Shown here piece after piece: positions 42,305 through 44,557 of a DNA stretch of 44,557 nucleotides; position 1 is the first letter of the stretch, and the number at the start of each line of letters is the position of its first letter. Source of the stretch: a virus; the IMG/VR virus record IMGVR_UViG_3300029997_000018. The stretch is one strand, 5' to 3'. The notes beneath the pieces are model-generated. The model was not told the DNA's origin. It did not search any database and saw nothing but the letters and a program-made list of their open reading frames with translations. Made by a program: the position numbers and the translations under genes.

Positions 42305-42706
42305 TCAAACCGCTCCGGCTTCCTGGAGAACGGATAGGACCGTCATCGCGCGCGGATCGCCCGGATGGGTGTCCAGCCAATCCCGCAAGGCGGCGCTGGA
42401 CGGCTTAGGCGGAACGGTCCAGTCGATCACGCTAGTAGTCTCGCTGGAGGGGGGCCAAATCCAACGGTGGCAGACCCGACCGAAGCGTTGAAAGGTCACG
42501 GAGGACTTCATAGCCCCGTGCGATGTCACCCGCCGGATCACTTCCTCGGCTATCGCTTTGGCCTCCGGGCCCTTCTTGGGGAGAGCGTTCATGTCGCATA
42601 GTTCGGCGACGATGTAGTCCGTTGCCGCCGGGGCCTTGAGCTGCCCTAAGATCACCGGCAATCCCTCGGTGACCAGTTGTCGGACTTGAGGGCGTGATAA
42701 CATCAT
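42305..42706 (-). CDS. Hypothetical protein (133 aa)
   Basis: GGAG precedes the ATG pair at 42706/42703. Confidence 0.5.
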   Translation of the reverse strand: MMLSRPQVRQLVTEGLPVILGQLKAPAATDYIVAELCDMNALPKKGPEAKAIAEEVIRRVTSHGAMKSSVTFQRFGRVCHRWIWPPSSETTSVIDWTVPPKPSSAALRDWLDTHPGDPRAMTVLSVLQEAGAV

Positions 42707-43142
42707 AGGAGGCTCCGATTTGGGACAGGACCAGAGCGATCAAGTCCGGGTTGAGATAGAGGTCGGCCGGCGGGCGCGTCATCCGAACGTCCAGGCGATC
42801 CTTGGGTGGGACGAACGCACATTGATGGTCACCATGGAGGATTGGACCGCAGAGGGCGCGAGGATAGGCGGCAAGCACGCCACCACGTTCCCGGCCCCAT
42901 AGCTCCAAGGGTTCCGGACCCCCACTAAACCACGAACGCGCTTGATCCACGGTGTCGAACCCGAACAGGAAATCAGAGGTCTTGAGCCCCACGGTAGCCG
43001 GGTCAGGTATGCCATCGTCATTGGGCATAGGCGTGGCCCATGATGCCGCTAGGGCCGCGATCATAGCCCGGTCTTCATCCTTGACCGAGCGATACCAGCC
43101 TTGGCCGTTGCGCGTCTCCAGACGCCAAATTACATCGTCCAT
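42432..43142 (-). CDS. Hypothetical protein (236 aa ORF); the last ~90 codons overlap the next gene out of frame
   Basis: GGAGGG precedes the ATG at 43142. It reads MDDVIWRLETRNGQGWYRSVKD...FLFGFDTVDQARSWF.... The tail after about 42710 is low-complexity. Confidence 0.5.
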   Translation of the reverse strand: MDDVIWRLETRNGQGWYRSVKDEDRAMIAALAASWATPMPNDDGIPDPATVGLKTSDFLFGFDTVDQARSWFSGGPEPLELWGRERGGVLAAYPRALCGPILHGDHQCAFVPPKDRLDVRMTRPPADLYLNPDLIALVLSQIGASYDVITPSSPTTGHRGIAGDLRAAQGPGGNGLHRRRTMRHERSPQEGPGGQSDSRGSDPAGDIARGYEVLRDLSTLRSGLPPLDLAPLQRDY

Positions 43143-43216
43143 CGGTTTCCCTCCGATATGCAGAGCATAAGCGCCCTAGATAGCCCCCAGCGTCGGCCAG
43201 GGGCTAGTTAGGAAGT

Positions 43217-43672
43217 TCAGGCGACGTTGAATGGTTGAGGCTGGCCGAGGCGCGACAGCAACAGGACGACACGTTGACGCGCCGCCGCGAGCTGACCGGC
43301 CACGTAGTTTGAACCGCCGTCGGGGTTCGCCGCGTTGTGCTGGCGATAGCGGGCCTTGTCCTTACGGATGGCCGACAGAGCCGCGTCTAAGGCCCAGGAG
43401 GCGTCAGAGAACTCACGGGCGACCTTGCGGGCCTGATCAGCGATGGCCTCCGCACGGATCAGGACAGCGTCGGGAAGCTCGTCCACGTGGGCGTTGCCTT
43501 CGGCCGTGGGGAAGGCGGAGGTAAGGACGGCAACGGCCTTCGCCTGATAGGGCCGAAGCGTGGTCTTGCCGTAGGTTGTGTGGCCGGCCGGACGGTTATC
43601 CGCGTCGAATAGTTCAGCGGGATAACGGCCTAGGACAATGTCCGCCACATCGGGATAAGGAATTTTGGTCAT
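43217..43672 (-). CDS. Hypothetical protein (151 aa)
   Basis: GGAGA precedes the ATG at 43672. Confidence 0.5.
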   Translation of the reverse strand: MTKIPYPDVADIVLGRYPAELFDADNRPAGHTTYGKTTLRPYQAKAVAVLTSAFPTAEGNAHVDELPDAVLIRAEAIADQARKVAREFSDASWALDAALSAIRKDKARYRQHNAANPDGGSNYVAGQLAAARQRVVLLLSRLGQPQPFNVA

Positions 43673-43710
43673 AGCTGCATCTCCAGTTTAGGCATGAGCG
43701 CCTAGTATGA

Positions 43711-43730
43711 GGCCCCGGCGAACCGAGGCC
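43711..43730 (-). terminator. 8-bp hairpin with UUCG loop, fully paired only in the minus-sense RNA
   Basis: The minus-sense sequence is GGCCUCGG-UUCG-CCGGGGCC and includes one G-U pair. The plus-sense equivalent would have a C-A mismatch. Confidence 0.4.
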
Positions 43731-43743
43731 CCAGGCTAGAGGT

Positions 43744-44082
43744 TCAAGCGAGAGTGAGATCGCGGCCGGCGCGTTCAACGATCCGGCTAGGGCCAAGATC
43801 CGTGATAGCGAAGGCTTCTTGATCGGGGAACAGGTCGAACGCGTCGTTGGTCAGAAGCTCGATAATCTTGCCGTCCGCGATGACCTGGACGGGGAAGATC
43901 AGCTCACGCTGAATTTGCCCCTCGGTCATCTTGTAAGCGCCCTGGACCGATGGCATTTCAGTCACGCCACCCGCGAGGTCAATGCAGCGCTTGGCGAAGT
44001 CGCGGCGGGCTTCCTCATAGTTTCGCACGCCGTCATTGTGCAGGGCCGGCAAGAGGATTTGATAGTTGTGTTTCGTGGTCAC
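43744..44082 (-). CDS. Hypothetical protein (112 aa), GTG start
   Basis: GGAAG precedes the GTG at 44082. Confidence 0.5.
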   Translation of the reverse strand: MTTKHNYQILLPALHNDGVRNYEEARRDFAKRCIDLAGGVTEMPSVQGAYKMTEGQIQRELIFPVQVIADGKIIELLTNDAFDLFPDQEAFAITDLGPSRIVERAGRDLTLA

Positions 44083-44227
44083 GATCTAGCTTCCTTTTGT
44101 TTGCCTTCACAGAGGAGGGCATGAGACTTGGCCGCATAATTGGAGGTGAGCTTGCGCCCACAATCGCATTCATAGCGGATCGGAGCCGGCGAGCGCAAGC
44201 CCGGCAAAATCGCCCGTTGTTCTCGTG

Positions 44228-44557
44228 TCATCCGAAGATCGCCAAGAAGCGCTCGCGTTGAGCCGCACGAGCCGCATTCGCCGCCGCATTCGCCGCCGCA
44301 CGAGCCGCATTCGCCGCCGCATTCGCCGCATTCGCCGCCGCATTCGCCGCCGCATAAGCCGTTTCGGGAGCCGCATCCGCCGCCGCATTCGCCGCCGCAC
44401 GAGCCGCATTCGCCGCCGCATCCGCCGCCGCATAAGCCGTTTCGGGAGCCGCATCCGCCGCCGCATTCGCCGCATCCGCCGCATCCGCCGCCGCATTCGC
44501 CGCATCCGCCGCATCCGCCGCCGCATAAGCCGTTTCGGGAGTAGGATTGGCGAGACA
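44228..44557 (-). CDS. C-terminal part of the same Ala-rich tandem-repeat protein
   Basis: Hand translation in the frame set by the ATG at 397 gives ...[109 protein letters not shown]. The TGA stop is at 44230-44228. Confidence 0.75.
   Translation of the reverse strand, partial: CLANPTPETAYAAADAADAANAAADAADAANAAADAAPETAYAAADAAANAARAAANAAADAAPETAYAAANAAANAANAAANAARAAANAAANAARAAQRERFLAIFG
44262..44541. repeat. Coding tandem-repeat tract (GCN-rich 9/12-nt sub-units)
   Basis: The 18-mer cataagccgtttcgggag occurs at 44353, 44431 and 44524. Units of gccgcattcgcc / gccgcatccgcc type lie between the copies. The same tract is present at 1-111 through the overlap. Confidence 0.9.
44431..44557. repeat. 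Terminal duplication, copy 2 (identical to 1-127)
   Basis: Same comparison as copy 1. Confidence 0.95.

Larger units (their letters stand above)
1..44557. mobile_element. Complete genome of a high-GC tailed phage with podovirus-type virion genes, written as a circular contig
   Basis: Packaging, head, tail-tube, internal-virion, fibre, lysis and replication modules are all present. The ends are identical over 127 bp and one gene reads through the junction. Confidence 0.85.

Noticed and set aside
44170-44526. ORF-track protein [14 protein letters not shown]... (118 aa) on the minus strand, and the plus-strand HPPPHSP-type frame over the same repeats
   Set aside because: Both are alternative frames of the GCN tandem repeat. 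The frame set by the SD-preceded ATG at 397, continued through the circular junction, gives the Ala-rich protein with a proper stop at 44228.
44262-44557. Possible CRISPR array or non-coding satellite at the contig ends
   Set aside because: The repeat units are 9-12 nt with no unique spacers. The tract is in frame within a coding sequence, and the end duplication is an assembly overlap.
1-44557. tRNA genes, integrase/repressor (lysogeny module), phage RNA polymerase, toxin-antitoxin or known defence systems
   Set aside because: I scanned intergenic regions by eye for cloverleaf or T-loop signatures and scanned ORFs for hallmark motifs, and found none. A tRNAscan and HMM run is still needed to be sure.

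Overview
The window is a complete, circularly closed phage genome. Bases 1-127 are identical to 44431-44557, so the unique length is 44,430 bp. It is high-GC and carries a podovirus-type (T7/BPP-1-like) virion module.

Two divergent arms leave a control region at about 1.9-2.28 kb.
- The plus-strand arm (2285-27107) encodes terS, terL, portal, scaffold, major capsid, tail tubular A and B, and three internal virion proteins. One of these is a 1481-aa ejection protein with a GH108 muramidase domain. The arm ends with the tail fibre and a five-gene lysis cassette.
- The minus-strand early/replication arm runs 1847 to 1, wraps through the contig junction, and continues 44557 to 27031. It holds about 15 small ORFans, a three-gene DoxX membrane cassette, SNF2 helicase, a DUF2800-type PD-(D/E)XK nuclease and a gp2.5-like SSB. 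It also holds a family-A DNA polymerase, a RuvC-like resolvase, an HTH-metallophosphoesterase, an HDHPW protein and a DUF5664-like protein.
- One gene, a primase-polymerase/helicase fusion at 38438-40327, is inverted relative to that arm.

I saw no phage RNA polymerase, integrase, repressor, tRNA, CRISPR array or reverse transcriptase.

The items most worth a second look are:
- a junction-spanning Ala-rich tandem-repeat protein that the ORF track misses;
- the DoxX cassette, which includes an unlisted TTG-start ORF;
- a recurrent intergenic TAAGCGCC-type motif;
- a GH24 endolysin with a C-terminal membrane anchor;
- a sharp GC drop in the distal tail-fibre gene;
- CBM5/12-like repeats inserted in both tail-tube proteins;
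- a 40-aa micro-ORF coupled to polA;
- several large perfect inverted repeats in intergenic regions.

All protein-family calls come from motif recognition by eye, not database searches. Start codons were chosen by Shine-Dalgarno and coupling context and may be off. Most long antisense ORFs in the track are high-GC shadow ORFs.
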